Below are positions 13,966 through 26,620 of a stretch of DNA of 64,000 nucleotides, piece by piece. The stretch's first letter is position 1, and each line of letters opens with the position of its first letter. The stretch covers positions 45,448,001 through 45,512,000 of the forward strand of contig NC_087437.1 in NCBI RefSeq assembly GCF_036321535.1. The letters run 5' to 3'. Both the position numbers and the translations under genes were made by a program. Origin of the DNA: Camelus dromedarius. Taxonomy: Eukaryota. The notes under the pieces are model-generated. The model did no database searches and had not been told where the DNA came from. It saw only the letters and a list, made by a program, of their open reading frames with translations.

Positions 13966-14619
13966 CATTACTTTCCACTAATCATTTACCTACCATTTCC
14001 AGTATCCCTTTTCCCACAACCATTACTGTGGGGAATTGGGGACCAAGCATCTGTTATATTACCTCGTATCTTGAGTTCAAACCAACATGGACTGATGGCA
14101 AATCCTATACAGTGGTATACAGTTTATTTGATTTGGGTCACATAAATAAGGTCATTTGATTCCCTTAAAATTAAAAGTTGAGAATCCAACTGAACATGAA
14201 GAAACTGGATTTGAGGATCCTGTTATCTTTGCCACTTTCCTGGGCTATGAGTTCAGTTTTTCTATTTCGTCAACTAACATAAACATATCCCTATAGCTGA
14301 CTCTAATTATTCAGTTTCTCACTTCAGTACAACCCACCTATAATCCTATTTAGCCATCTTTTGATGGAAACTATTGTAGCTGTCTTGTCTTGAGGGAAAA
14401 GTCCTCTTTCATCGTCGTTCTGATCTGGCATCCTTAGACTAATGTGTCATTAAACTCTGGAACACCTTTAAAACAATATTTTTCTTCCTCTTTAAAAAGC
14501 AACATATGTTCAGGATACCTGATTTTAAAAATACTAATAAACAAAGAGGATAAAATGTAAACCTTAAAAATTTTTCTGAGGCATCTCACCACGAATACAC
14601 TAATAATATACAAGGCATG

Positions 14620-15370
14620 CATATTGGCAAATCAGACAGTATTGTGAGATACATAGCACAATGCTGTGTGAGCACACAGAAGGTTTCTGGTCCACATTTG
14701 GTTGATCATGAAGACTTCCTGGAAGAAGGGAGCCCTGAGGGATAAGAAGTTAGCTAATTAAAAGAACGACTATGTTGGAAAGAGGAGACCAGGCAGGGGA
14801 AGGTCCTGGCACGAACAAAAGCCTAGAGAGGAAGGAGCATGAGCTCCTAAGAAGTTCAGTGCACAGAAATGCGGAGCTGGGAGGCTGGGCATGGCGATGC
14901 TGGCGCTGGGACTTTGTAAGTGGTAAAGCTGGTGACGTAAACAGGAGAAAGCATATGTGAGACATTATCAACCACATCAAGCCATTTGGTGTTTCTCTCG
15001 AGAGCAACAAGAGCCACTGAGAACTTTGAACAGAAGTAAAGTATAAGCAGCTTTTTTTTTTCATAAAATGTATTTACTGTGGGGAATGGATTGGAGAGAC
15101 GTATTTGTGGGGAATGGGTTGGACAGAAGCCACTCTGAAGCACGGCAGTGTTATTAAAAGGCTGTTGTTCTAACTTGGGAGAGAGATGAGGACAGCTAAA
15201 CTAAGTAAAGTAATGGCACTGAAGCTGGAGAAATGTGGATGAGCATAGGAGATATTTAAGAGGTAAAACTGAGTTTTAAAAGAATGGTGATTACTTTGAT
15301 ATTAGTGCTGAGAGAAAAAAAAGAGAGTCAAAAATATTGCCCATAAAGACTTCTGACTTAAATGGTTGGG
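14620..15370 (-). mobile_element. L2 fragment
   Basis: gaagacttcctggaagaagg...gaacaaaagcctagag...gagccactgagaactttgaacag...ggagatatttaagaggtaaaa. Confidence 0.7.
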
Positions 15371-15559
15371 TCAAATGACTTCACAGAATCTCCATTTCCA
15401 AATACCTAACAAATTGAAGCAGATGAGTAAAACTCATTTCATATTGTCACCTGCACTTTCTCTCTCTCTCACTATATGTACATACAGTATGATTATATGT
15501 TGTGTCCAAGTATATTTCAATATATGTGGAAATACACAAATGCATATACATAAATAGCA

Positions 15560-16670
15560 GGCAAGGGAAGGAGAATAGCCCAATACTATAAAACTCCAAA
15601 AGCAGAGAGAAAAACCAAAATGCCTGCAGTAGAACAAAGAGGCAAACCCAGAAAGGCTCCTATCCTGACCCCAGACTCTGACACATGCCAGTCAGAGAGG
15701 TAGGATCAATAATGATAATTCTCACCATTGTCTCCAGCTCCGGAAGGAGGCCACCCACTGAGTAAACTGAAGTGAATGCTGAGGGGCCTCCACAGACACA
15801 GAACATGCCTCTCGACAAAGTACCACAGAGCCCTGAAGAGCACATTTAAGAAACCGCAGGCAGCATCCCAGACCTGGGTTATTTGAACTAAGCACAGCTT
15901 TGCAGGCCCCCAAGGCCCTGAGCCTGTCCTCGTGCCCTCAGGTGTGGGCAGAACACAAACACCCCGCACTCACTGGAGCTTCTTGGTTATGTGATGATGG
16001 GTACACGTTTTATACATAGTGAGATAGTCAGTCAAGAACCTCCCTAACCAGTAACACAGCCAAGGAAAGACCTGGAAAGAGCCGTGGAGGATGCAAAATA
16101 TGGAGCAGCACACTTGCAAATGGACTGGAGCAAAGAAACAAAAAGACAGAACTTGGAAAAAAAATTTTTTAAGCCTAAAACAAAACCACAGAACTCAAAA
16201 AAATATATATAACCCTCAGAACAAAAGAGATTCCTTGAAAGGACTTTGAGCCACACAACAATAAACATTTCTATCAGATCACCACTCAGGGTACAGTTGT
16301 AAACAGAAGGACATGCACGGGGAAGTTGCAGTCCTTCAGAAATAAAATTACTTGTTTACAGGAAAACAAATAACTAACTACATTTGAAATAGCAAGGAAG
16401 AGAAAAGTCAATTAACTGACTTAGAGACACGTCTTGATGTAAACACATGGCAAACACAGATGTGAAAGACGGCATTTAAAGCGATCAAAGTGAAACTAAT
16501 AAACTTGAAGAACAAAGATTCTCCAGCATGGGTATTGTTGGTAACTCTAAACAGGAAACGCCACAAGTGGCACAGAGAAGACATCTTAAAATGTAACACA
16601 AGACAGTTTTGCAGAAAGGAAGAAGAGAAGAGAAGGAGAAGAAACGAAAAAATAAACAAAAATACGTAGA
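15560..16670 (+). mobile_element. Ancient L1/HAL1-like ORF1-region remnant
   Basis: Strong A skew with degenerate ORF1-like text; no intact ORF. Confidence 0.4.
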
Positions 16671-16679
16671 ACCAGCTCC

Positions 16680-16850
16680 CTCAGGTAATATCTAGGTATT
16701 CTAAATATACTACCTCGGTATGAAATAAATGCTGTTATTACCCCCGTTTTCAGATGTCAAAACTGAAGCACAGAGTGAGAAATAATTTGTCCCGGGTCAC
16801 AAAGGAAGGGGCAGGGCCAGAATTTAAACATTGGTAGTCCAATGTTAGAG
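16680..16850 (-). mobile_element. MIR
   Basis: gttattacccccgttttcagatgtcaaaactgaagcacagag...aatttgtcccgggtcaca. Confidence 0.75.
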
Positions 16851-17449
16851 AGTAAAAGAACACACGTTCCAGAAAGATCGGAAACAACAAGTGAACCATC
16901 ATTTGAATGCTTGAGGCAAAAGAAAGAAAATTTTAAATTTTCCCTGTTGTCTGAATTATCCTAATGATTCTTTAAATAGGAATGCATTTTTTTCTATAAT
17001 CTGAGATCTCAAATGAGTCACGACAGCACACCATCCCCCCCACACCGCCCCGCCCTCTCTGCTTTTTCACTTAGAAGATCAGAGGCAGATTTCCCAATAT
17101 GAAAAGGAGACATTTTTGAAGGATGTCTGGGATTTTATAAATTATTCCCTAACCACCCCCAACAGTGACTATGGATGAAACATCACCCTCCAGTGAAGCT
17201 CAAAGTCCACAAACCTCAGCTACCTATTTAGAGCTTCTGAGCAGATTTGTAATCTTCACGTTTAAACCTGAGCAGACAACTGAGGATTAATAGAGAGCTG
17301 AAGAAAGCTGCTTTTGTGAGAGAAAAATAGCAGGAAAATAAACAAAACCCGGACGAGCCAGATTATACAAAGAAGAAAATGTTCAAAACCTACTATTACT
17401 ATCATAAGGGAAATCTGATTCACAAAACAGGAACGTTTTCCGATTTCAA

Positions 17450-17905
17450 AATTATTATGAACCCACATAACTCACCACCATATAGTAATGATACAGGACA
17501 GACAAAACCCATAATTTTGAGAAAAGATCAGGCAATCCCAATTGAAGAATATTCTACAAAATATCTGATCAATAAACCTCAGAACTGTTAAGGTTAAAAA
17601 AAACCAGGAAAGTGAGAAACTGTCACAGACCAGAGGAGGCTAAGGATAACCAAATGTAATGTGATATCCAGGATGGGACCCTTCAACTGACAACGGACAT
17701 GAAGAAAAGAATAGTGAATTCTGGATAAGCTGTAGAGTGTAGTTATTAGTCATATACTAATGTTGGTTCTTTAGTTGTGACAAATGTACCATTGTAATGT
17801 AAGATTTTAACAACAGAGGAATCTGGGTGAGGAGGATACAGGACCTCTCTGTACTATCTGAAATTTTCTTCCTGTGACTCTAAAACTTCTAAAATAAAAC
17901 GTTTA
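17450..17905 (+). mobile_element. L1MC/MD-type 3' UTR
   Basis: gagaaactgtcacagaccagaggaggctaagga...ttagttgtgacaaatgtaccatt...ctctctgtactatct...ctaaaataaaa. Confidence 0.8.
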
Positions 17906-18164
17906 TGGGAAAAAAGATGAATGTCTGCTATGATGTTCACCTTGTTGAAGATGGTTATTTCTCACGGGGTAGGAGATTCGCATCTTATGCTTTTTTTTCT
18001 ATCTCTTTTTTAAAATATTTTTTACTTTCATTTATTATCTTATTGTATAAATTCTTTATAATAATCATATATTTTTTTCAAAGCCATAATCTAGTTTTCC
18101 TTAAAAACAAAACTCAACAGTTACGACGCCCAGGTTTCTGGCTTGGAATTCTAGACATTACAAT

Positions 18165-18610
18165 GGTTAGCATTATTGCAGTCATACAACAAAACTAACC
18201 ACCCTAAACTCAGCGGCCTACAGTGAGCATTTATTTTTCCGAGGTTTCATCAGTTGACTCTAACCGGGTGGGCTGAGCTCCAGGCAGCAGGTTAAGTTCA
18301 GGTACACTCCCTGTGTCTCTCGTTCTCCTTGGACCAGTATCTACCTATTAGCTTTTCTTATGGCAACTGGTCAAGACCTCAAGAGGATGAGAAGAAGCAG
18401 AGGTTACCCCTCAAAGCCACGGCCCCAAACCGGCCACTTTCACTTCACCAACCTCCCACTGGCCTTCACCAATCACGTGGCCAAGCTCAGCACTGATCGG
18501 GCAGGGAAACATATTCCACCCCCTGTCGTAGGTCGCACCACAAAGTCACATGGAAAAGAACATGGGGGCATAATTATAATACGGAAAAGCCGAACTGCGG
18601 TGACTCAATC
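18165..18610 (-). mobile_element. MLT1J-like MaLR LTR
   Basis: acaaaactaaccaccctaaactcagcggccta...cacttcaccaacctcccactggcc...aatcacgtggccaagc...gggcagggaaacatattccacc. Confidence 0.7.
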
Positions 18611-19140
18611 TATCTTAGTGATGTCACTTAGTGAGAGAAGAACAAAGTCACCCCCTACCTGGGTTTTTAGACCAAACAGGCATCAAACAATTGACTCTGT
18701 CCCTTACATGGGATCAAGAGTAGGAACCTGGGTGGTCAGCACCCCTAGAAGCATTAGCCCACTCCCCGAGCAGGTCCACCCGCTTTCTTCCTCTGGGAGT
18801 GGTGATGAGTGTTCAGATTCTTCCTCCCTCTGCTGTTACAACAGAGCTTAACAAGTGGTAGAGCTCCACCTCGAATCTTCCCATCAACAAGCATTTTTAA
18901 GTTGCTAAATAGCTGTGGCTCTCTCCACATAGGCCCTGATCACTTCTTTCCCTTGTTTTCCCAAACATAACCCTTCTTTTCACTTTCCAAAAGCATTTGG
19001 TGAGGATTTTCATCTCAAGCTGATAACTATACTCTCTGAATGGTAGTTAATGAATCAAAGCCGACCTCAGTTACTTCCCAACCACACCACTGTGGGAACA
19101 TCAGTGAGTATCTCTAAGCTTCTACTTCCCATTCTGTAAA

Positions 19141-19275
19141 TTGATTTTTGGTTTTTTTTGAGAGGGGAGGTAATTAGCTTTTTTATTTATTTATTTAGAT
19201 GGAGGTACTTGGGATTGAACCCGTGACCTTGTACATGCCAAGCACACACTTTACCCCAGAGCTATATCCTCTCCC
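19141..19275 (-). mobile_element. Camelid tRNA-derived SINE (vic-1-like), inserted in a MIR
   Basis: Reverse strand gggagaggatatagctc...ggttcaatcccaagtacctcc + (AAAT)n; perfect 15-bp TSD ttcccattctgtaaa (19126-19140, 19276-19290). Confidence 0.9.
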
Positions 19276-20729
19276 TTCCCATTCTGTAAAATGGAATAAC
19301 ACAGGCCCTTCCTCCCTCAAATGATTGTTTTGAAAATGGATACATTAATTTACCTGTAAACATTTTAGAATCTCTAAATTGCTTTACAACTATGATTTGT
19401 TCTAATTTAATTAAAAATTAATCTGAGTCAGTTTATATGTTCCAAGAATTATTATAAAAACTTGATGATCTGACCAAAGGGTTAGAGAGAGGTAGATTTT
19501 CTTTTCTTCTCCTGTTAAACATAATGAACTGCAGAATTCAGTCTCATCAATTTCTTTTGCCTTTTCTGACAGCTAATGCCATTGGCAGACATCCAGTAGG
19601 AACAAGTTTTCCGGCTTTGCCCACAGGAAGCCTGTGACATTATTCTTGGGGTAAATTATTCAGCTTCTGGTTAGTTGCTGTGGAAATTAATCAACAGAAG
19701 CATACGGCTAATAACTTAATTTAATGTTTTACTGCTTCACACCTAATGTTCTACTTTTATTTATTAATAGGTATTTTGCATTTTAAATAAAGAAATGTCT
19801 TCACTTTCACTATTCATTATTCACTTAGTATTAGTTAAACTGAAGGTTAGATGTGACAGGAATGAAATTTTCTAAATAATAGTATGGGCAAAACATCCCA
19901 TTAATATCATTGCATTAACTCCACAAGTGGATGTTTGTTACAGTCTAGTTATGTGGCTTGGCTTTGGATTGGTTTTGTGTACAAATTGTAGTTTTAATTA
20001 AATCAAAGGAGCTGCTACTTATGCTTTATTTATGGATTTTTTTTATGCCAGAATAAAACAAAAATAAGTTTCAGTACTAATAAAATATAAAAACTACACT
20101 TCTTTCATCTATAATTTATATATTGGTAACTGTAATAAGAATGCATTAGTATTTTTCAATGCCCAGATAATGATGAATAGCTACTTGATTTTTTTTTTAA
20201 CTGTAAAATGAAAAAGTAAATAAAACTCTTAATGGCAAATGTAAGACTGGATGATCTGCATAATGTACATCTTGCTAAATAGAACTCGTGCCATTCACAT
20301 ATGAGAGCTGCAGATGGGGGTAGGCGTTCTGTTTGATATTTTCAGAGAAAAAAAAGGAAGAAAAAGATTTTTTCCCCCCAAAGGGTATTAATTCTCAGTT
20401 AGTGAAGTCTTGAAAATAACCCTCCATAACCCAAACACCACAACTAAAGGGATCAGCAGAAATGTAAACCAAGGCAGAACAAAAGACCTAAAAGGAGGAG
20501 GGTGAGCCCAGTGGACCACCGAGGGCTCAGATGGAGACAGGCTTTTCACAACTCTTACCACGATTACCATAGGCCACTGACATGAAGCCACAGAATGTAA
20601 CCACTAAGCAACGAATGAGGTGTATATATGTACATTTCTGTTTCCCTTCCGGTTGTCAGTTTCGCAAATGTTTTCTCTGCAAGAAAAGAAAAACCACAGC
20701 GAGAAAATGTAACTGCAATGCAGGATAGA

Positions 20730-20935
20730 AAGATTGAGAACTAGGGCTGGAGAGTTCCATCACCTGTGTAAATACTAGCTCCACCCACCTATTAGCTCTG
20801 TGGCCTTGTGCAAGCTACACACCTTCTCTGTTTCAGCCTCTGCAAGTAGACAAGTGTTTGTCACTAGCAGCATCCTGTGGGTTGCTGCAAGGATTAAAAG
20901 ACAAGACACTGAAGCACTTTTTCGTAAAGGGCTAA
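20730..20935 (+). mobile_element. MIR
   Basis: ctagctccacccacctattagctctgtggccttgtgcaagctacacaccttctctgtttcag...gggttgctgcaaggattaaa. Confidence 0.75.
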
Positions 20936-23900
20936 AATATGATCCTAAAGATTTCAGTTTTAGCATTTGATTTATTTTGAGCATCATTATCTCCAGACAA
21001 TTCAAATTCTAAGTGTTTTGTGGGCCCATACAAATCACTGGTGAAACGTATGTTTTGACATCATCTGTATGGTTTGGATTAATATAGGCAGGATTTTAGA
21101 AGCACAGATTTTCACTCTGAGATATGGGTAATTTGGTTTCTAAATCACTTATGTTCAATGAGTAATTGCCACAACTTTTCTTATTGGTTCAGTCAGCACA
21201 GTCTCTCTGACGTATTAATTTGTTCTTCACTCTGGCCATTTACAACCCAGTGTTAGGGTCCATTCAGCACAAGAGCTGTAAAGAATAACAGGAAAGCACA
21301 AAATCTTGCATGTCTGGCAAAACCCCTGGTTTGGCCAAAATCGTCAACATGAGGTAAGCCATCTGAGAGAGTATTTAATTGAAAGGCAAATTTGAAACCT
21401 GGAAATTAACATTAGCTCACAAGGAAAGATATTGTTGCTTCTGTGCTTTTGGGTTTTAGATGATCCAGCCAATCTCAGTCAATTCTTGGTTTAAGGTGTA
21501 GAGCTGAAATATCCTGGAATATTCCTGATATATTATACATTGATCCATTACCACGGGTTTTGTTTTTCCTCAGTAGTCACTGGGATTACTGCCTGGATTC
21601 CAAAATTGCAGTTTGATTTATGCTATCCAATTTACTTAATCCCCACTTGTATGCATGCACTGTAATTCCCATCTGGGTACACACAGCCCATCGGAAGCAG
21701 ACAAGTAATTCCATTTAACAGCTGTTAAATAGGAGAATCCACAGGTAGCTTTCATTCAAATGTTAATTGCTCTCAGTGCTTTCCTCATAAACCCACCCTG
21801 AAGCCAGGTACTTGAAGCGCTATTGAGAGGAGATACAAAAGAAAGATGAGTTAACGGCATCCTGACAGAAGCAGAGGATGGATTCCGTCTTAGGGCTGAA
21901 TGTGCCTCAACTCTGGAACCTATACCAGCATGGAAATCAGACAGTGAGGTGTGTTTGTGACGCCGCAGTTGTTTCCCAGATGGTAAAGAGTTTGCAAAAA
22001 GACTCCTAGAGCCTAATGGTGAGTCAGTCAGAAAACATTTGCTAATTCAATTTGTAAAAAGAGGATGGAAGGAGTCAATTGGTAAATCGTCCAACTGTAA
22101 AACTGTACTGAGCCTGTTGTCAGTTCTTTAGGGATACACCAAGTAAATTAAGAGTGGATTTGGAACTAAATAAAGGAACGTGGCAATTTTACTGGAGCCA
22201 GACATTTTGAATGGTGCATGGATAATCACTTTGTACATAACTTTTCAGCAAAGTGCCTGTGAGGGATACTGGATTATCTTTTATCAGCAACTGTTTACAG
22301 AAAATGAGTAGCCTAACAGGGAAAGAATCAATAGCATGATTTGGAGTGAGTCCGTTTTGCCACTCTGGACTTCACTTTCTTCCTCTGTAGATGAAAGGAT
22401 TAAACTAAATGGGTCTCTGAGGTCCCACCATGATTCAACTCTTGGGTTTCCAGTATTTGACTATTTCTGGGGTCACTACAAAAACAGCAATCAAGTACTC
22501 TTATTCAGATGCAATAAATGCCAAGCTCTAACTTAACAGTCTAGATAAATAACCATGATTATCTGCAAGGATTACTTAATCCCTTTTGTCCATCCAAACT
22601 CAACTATCCAAATCCATTTGTGTGGTCATTTCATTACATTTATTAAGTATTACTAAGTACTTACTATGTGCCAAATACTCTTGAGTTGCAAAAGTACACA
22701 CAAAAACTAATGGCTGGTAATTATAGATTTAATTCAATTTTTATTTTTCATGCTAATGTACAAGATTTCTCTCACATTTCCACTTCCATTCATTTACTCT
22801 ATTAGCTACTCTTACTTACTGCTCCTATCTTCACTCATATTTTTTGTCATCACCCTATTCTAAAAACCTTCCTCAATCTCTGCAAGTGCACCCTCTGGGC
22901 ATTCCTTGGTGCTATGCTCCCAGGGGAAGATGAACCCCTGGAGAAAAAGTCAACCTTAGAAGCTCTGTCACAAAAGATCGTAAGAAGCCAAAGTGCTAAC
23001 ACACATTCCATTGGTTCTTGCTCCCATCTCCTCATATATAACTTCATATTGCTACAAATGACTCCTCAAATACATTAGAGGGGCCCCAGGAGATGTTTCA
23101 CATGTGCTCACAAACCAGTCCAAACTCACCTGATGCCTCTGCTGCTCCACTGGGTACCACAGTTCTTGCTGGGAACCACCATGCCCTTTCCTCCCATGTA
23201 AATCCCCTCATGAGTACAGCTACTAGTATCTTCTCCCACCATAAGTGGTGCTCTGGGACCCAGGAGATATCAAAGCAACATGGCTTTCTATTACAGTGTT
23301 TCTCAAAAGAGCCAGTCCACAAACTGTTGGTTATGAAGAATAAGGAGGTCCTGCCAGAATGCAAATGAACATCCTTGCTCCTTCATCAAGAACATGTAAC
23401 TATCATCAAAAGAAAAATGTCAGCTAAACTAAACAGTGTGCTCATTGACATGGTCGATTTAGGTTATGATTCAAGCTCCTGATCTCATCACAGACCGATT
23501 TATAAACTGGCTCCAGTCCACGGACTGCACTTTGCCCATCGCTGCTCTATTGTGCAGGGAGGAAGAACAATGCCTCTCCCGCCTGTGATCTTCAACATTT
23601 TACAGGGTATCAGGTAGTAAGCCTGATGCCCCAGTGCTTCAAGAGTTTTCAGGGAAAGAGCCCTTTTATATTTATTCAAGTGAGAGTCACACTTGAGTCC
23701 AGTAAGAGGTGGCACTGGGATAGTGTCGAACCCCATGCTCTCCTCACCACCAGCTCACTCCCTCAATCACTAAAGTCTTCTTCTCAATGAGCTTCTCATG
23801 CCAGCTTCTTTCCTTCCTTATGATCAGGTCTCTGCCAAGAGGCTCCTTGATCTTCCTGTAAATGGACCTCTGACAAGTCCATCTCATCAGATCACCAGAT

Positions 23901-24166
23901 ATGTCATCCCACTTGGGACACAAACTTGTAAGCAGACTGGAACTCAAGCTTGATTCATTCTCAGTGTTCTTATTCATGGGTTCACCATTTATTAAGCGGT
24001 AAGTGCTAAGTAGCATGATGGGGTACAGAAGTGGGTAGGGCATGGCATTCACCATGAGGGACTAGGAAAATAGTTTCGGATAAGATATGCATACAAATGC
24101 GTACAGTATTACATTTATTCCAGTAAGTGTAATGAGACAAGTATAAAATGTTTATAGGAGACAGAT

Positions 24167-24270
24167 GTGTTCTGAGTTCAATCCCCAGTATCGCCATTAA
24201 AAATAAATAAATAAACCTAATTACCTCTCCCCCCAAAAAAAGATTTAAAAAAAGGAAAAAAAAAAAAAAG
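24167..24270 (+). mobile_element. 5'-truncated camelid SINE (vic-1-like) inside an L2 remnant
   Basis: gttcaatccccagta...aaataaataaataaacctaattacctctcccccc + A tail; possible short TSD acagat (24161-24166, 24276-24281). Confidence 0.85.
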
Positions 24271-25186
24271 AATAAACAGATCGACCTGATAAAAAGAGAA
24301 GAAAAATATTTGAGAAAGAAGCTACATTTAAAGTAAGTTTTAAGGCACGTTTATGATTTCTGATCAGGCAGAAAGGTTAATGCAGAGGTAGCAGGAAGGG
24401 GGCTGTGACACTACTGGATGTTTCTGTTTGTGTTCTCCTGTACGCACTCCATGCCAGGCGAAACCTGAACTCATTGATAATTGCTCACACTCTGGTCTTT
24501 ACTGACTGCATAAAATAATAACGGCAAATGGTTCAAGGATCCTACTGTATCCACTGCAATTTTTTTTATCATAATCTTAGCTCACACCGTATAAACATTA
24601 AAAAGGGGAACAGAATGATTTTTTTCTGGTGTTCTGTTAGACCAACACCTTGAGGATGTGAATAAAAGGACAACGATGGATCTAAATGGTTTGAAAGTTA
24701 ATTTCATAGCAACTGTATTTGTGCAAGATGGTGTTTATTATCTTGGGAGGCCTTACAATTATTTGAAAGCACTTCTCCTTAAGTCAGAGCAAACTTATAC
24801 CATCAGTAATTTCCTTGCATTTCTTCCCTACTAAACTTTAATTGCTTCCTGTGTTCCCAGTTAGGTTGATTTGGATTTCATTAATGCACTGTCTAAAAGC
24901 TTTAGTTTATAAAAATGAACAATTTGATGAAGAATGGCAATTAGGAGTTATTTCTTTAAAAGCAATTTCAGTCAACTGAATGCAAACCACTAGGTCTTTG
25001 GGATTCCATTTTGAGGCTTTTGCTTCCTTTTATAGTTCATGTGAATCAAATTTCCCATTGGTGTCTGAAAGATAAACAGTAATAATAACTCACCAAAAAA
25101 TGGCCTCCCATTTCTTGTGATAAGATGTTTACACATATGAACACATGAAAAATGACTTCTCTCACATCATATAATAAAAGATAATG

Positions 25187-25361
25187 AAAAAACACAGATT
25201 TCTTCTGTATAGCACAGGGAACTATGTTCAAAGTCTTGTAATAATCTTTAATGAAAAAGAATATGAAAATGAATATATGTATGTATATGCATGACTGGGA
25301 CATTGTGCTGTACACCAGAAATTGACACATTGTAACTGACTGTACCTCAATTAAAAAAAAA
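25187..25361 (+). mobile_element. Short L1 3'-UTR fragment, young subfamily
   Basis: Same 3' UTR as 4930-5085; poly(A); perfect TSD aaaagataatg (25176-25186, 25362-25372). Confidence 0.92.
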
Positions 25362-25925
25362 AAAAGATAATGGTTTCCCATGGGCTGGTAAGAGATTCCA
25401 CGGACTGAGCACCAGGGAATACATTGTCCCAGACTTGCCTCTTAAAAGAAACTCTATTTTGCCTAAAAAGAAAGAATTAATAAATACAGATCCTTCATGG
25501 TCAGTACAGGGAAGGAAAATTATTGGACAGACACCTGGACTACATGGGTCTGCTGTCCCCTGGATCCCCTTCTCCCCTGGGGACTCATTCATTTCCACTG
25601 CAGTTATCCTCAGAGGGAATGAGGATTCCCCATCACGATGCCCATACCTTGCTCCTCCTGCACTGCTAAGGCATCTGGAACACTTAAATGAGACTTACGG
25701 GAGGTCGGGGAATAACAAAAGGAAACAGTGTGGAGAATGTTGGCTTTAGATCACCTGGCTTGCAAGGCATAGCTTACTCTCATGTTCTCAGGCCACGTGT
25801 GTCCTTGCACGACCTCAAGGAAAGGGGGATTCTGTCTAAATCCCTCTCTTCCCAGTAGAAGAGTGAAAATACAGAAAGACTCCATCTTTCACTGATCAGC
25901 AGGAAGTACAGTCAACAGATGCCTT

Positions 25926-25997
25926 AAAGTGGAAGCTGAGGGAGTGAGTTTAACCCTTCTCTTTCACCCACCAGCACAGCAGTCCTCAAGCTTCAGT
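25926..25997 (+). repeat. 72-bp direct repeat, copy 1 (copy 2 at 28686-28757)
   Basis: Ungapped alignment at offset 2760, 67/72 identical. Confidence 0.95.
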
Positions 25998-26361
25998 CAC
26001 TTCAGCAAGGAGGAGACTACCAAGAACGAGTTTTGCCCTCCCACTGCCCTTGTTTCTGGTACCAGGGATCCTCAACGTGCACTGATACTGTTGTATTTTT
26101 AATGTGTCGATCTGTCAGTTCAAATGTGTTGTACACGATGTTTGTGGCCTTGGCTGACACGAAGCTGTTCTGTGAGGTTTGCTTATCAACTAATTTGACT
26201 TAGTGATCAAACTGGGCAGTACTTTTCGCACTTTGGACTTCAAAATTTTTTTATTATGCCTTATATCAAATTTACCACTGCATGAGTGGAAATTAAACTT
26301 TATGTAGTTTTTATATGTTGTAGTATTTCTTCAAATAAATCTCTCCTATAAGTTAAAAAAA
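25998..26361 (+). pseudogene. Copied mRNA 3'-UTR-like fragment, source gene not identified
   Basis: U-rich unique sequence; TGTA at 26303 and 26319, AATAAA 26334-26339, A7 at 26355-26361; lies inside the 72-bp repeat. Confidence 0.55.
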
Positions 26362-26374
26362 TGCATATAGCATA

Positions 26375-26531
26375 ATCTCCATATGTCTTGATTTCCTTAT
26401 CTGTAAAGTGGAGCTAGTAACTGCATCTGCCTCATAGGGTTGTTGTGAAAGTTAAAATATACATGAAGTATTTAGGACAGTGCTAGGCATACACTAAGTG
26501 CTCCAAAATGTTTCATAGCTTATTGTTATTA
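26375..26531 (+). mobile_element. MIR 3' half
   Basis: tttccttatctgtaaagtggag...gcctcatagggttgttgtgaaagttaaa...acagtgctaggcatacactaagtgctc. Confidence 0.85.
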
Positions 26532-26620
26532 GCTATAAAATAAGATAAGGCTAGATCAATTTTTCTCCAAGCTTGGTGAGAAAAATGTCTACTGTCTTAT
26601 TATCCTCTTCACAGACTGAC

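Noticed and set aside
18360..18851. 163-aa ORF, longest in the window
   Set aside because: First half lies in an MLT1 LTR remnant; no recognisable protein family
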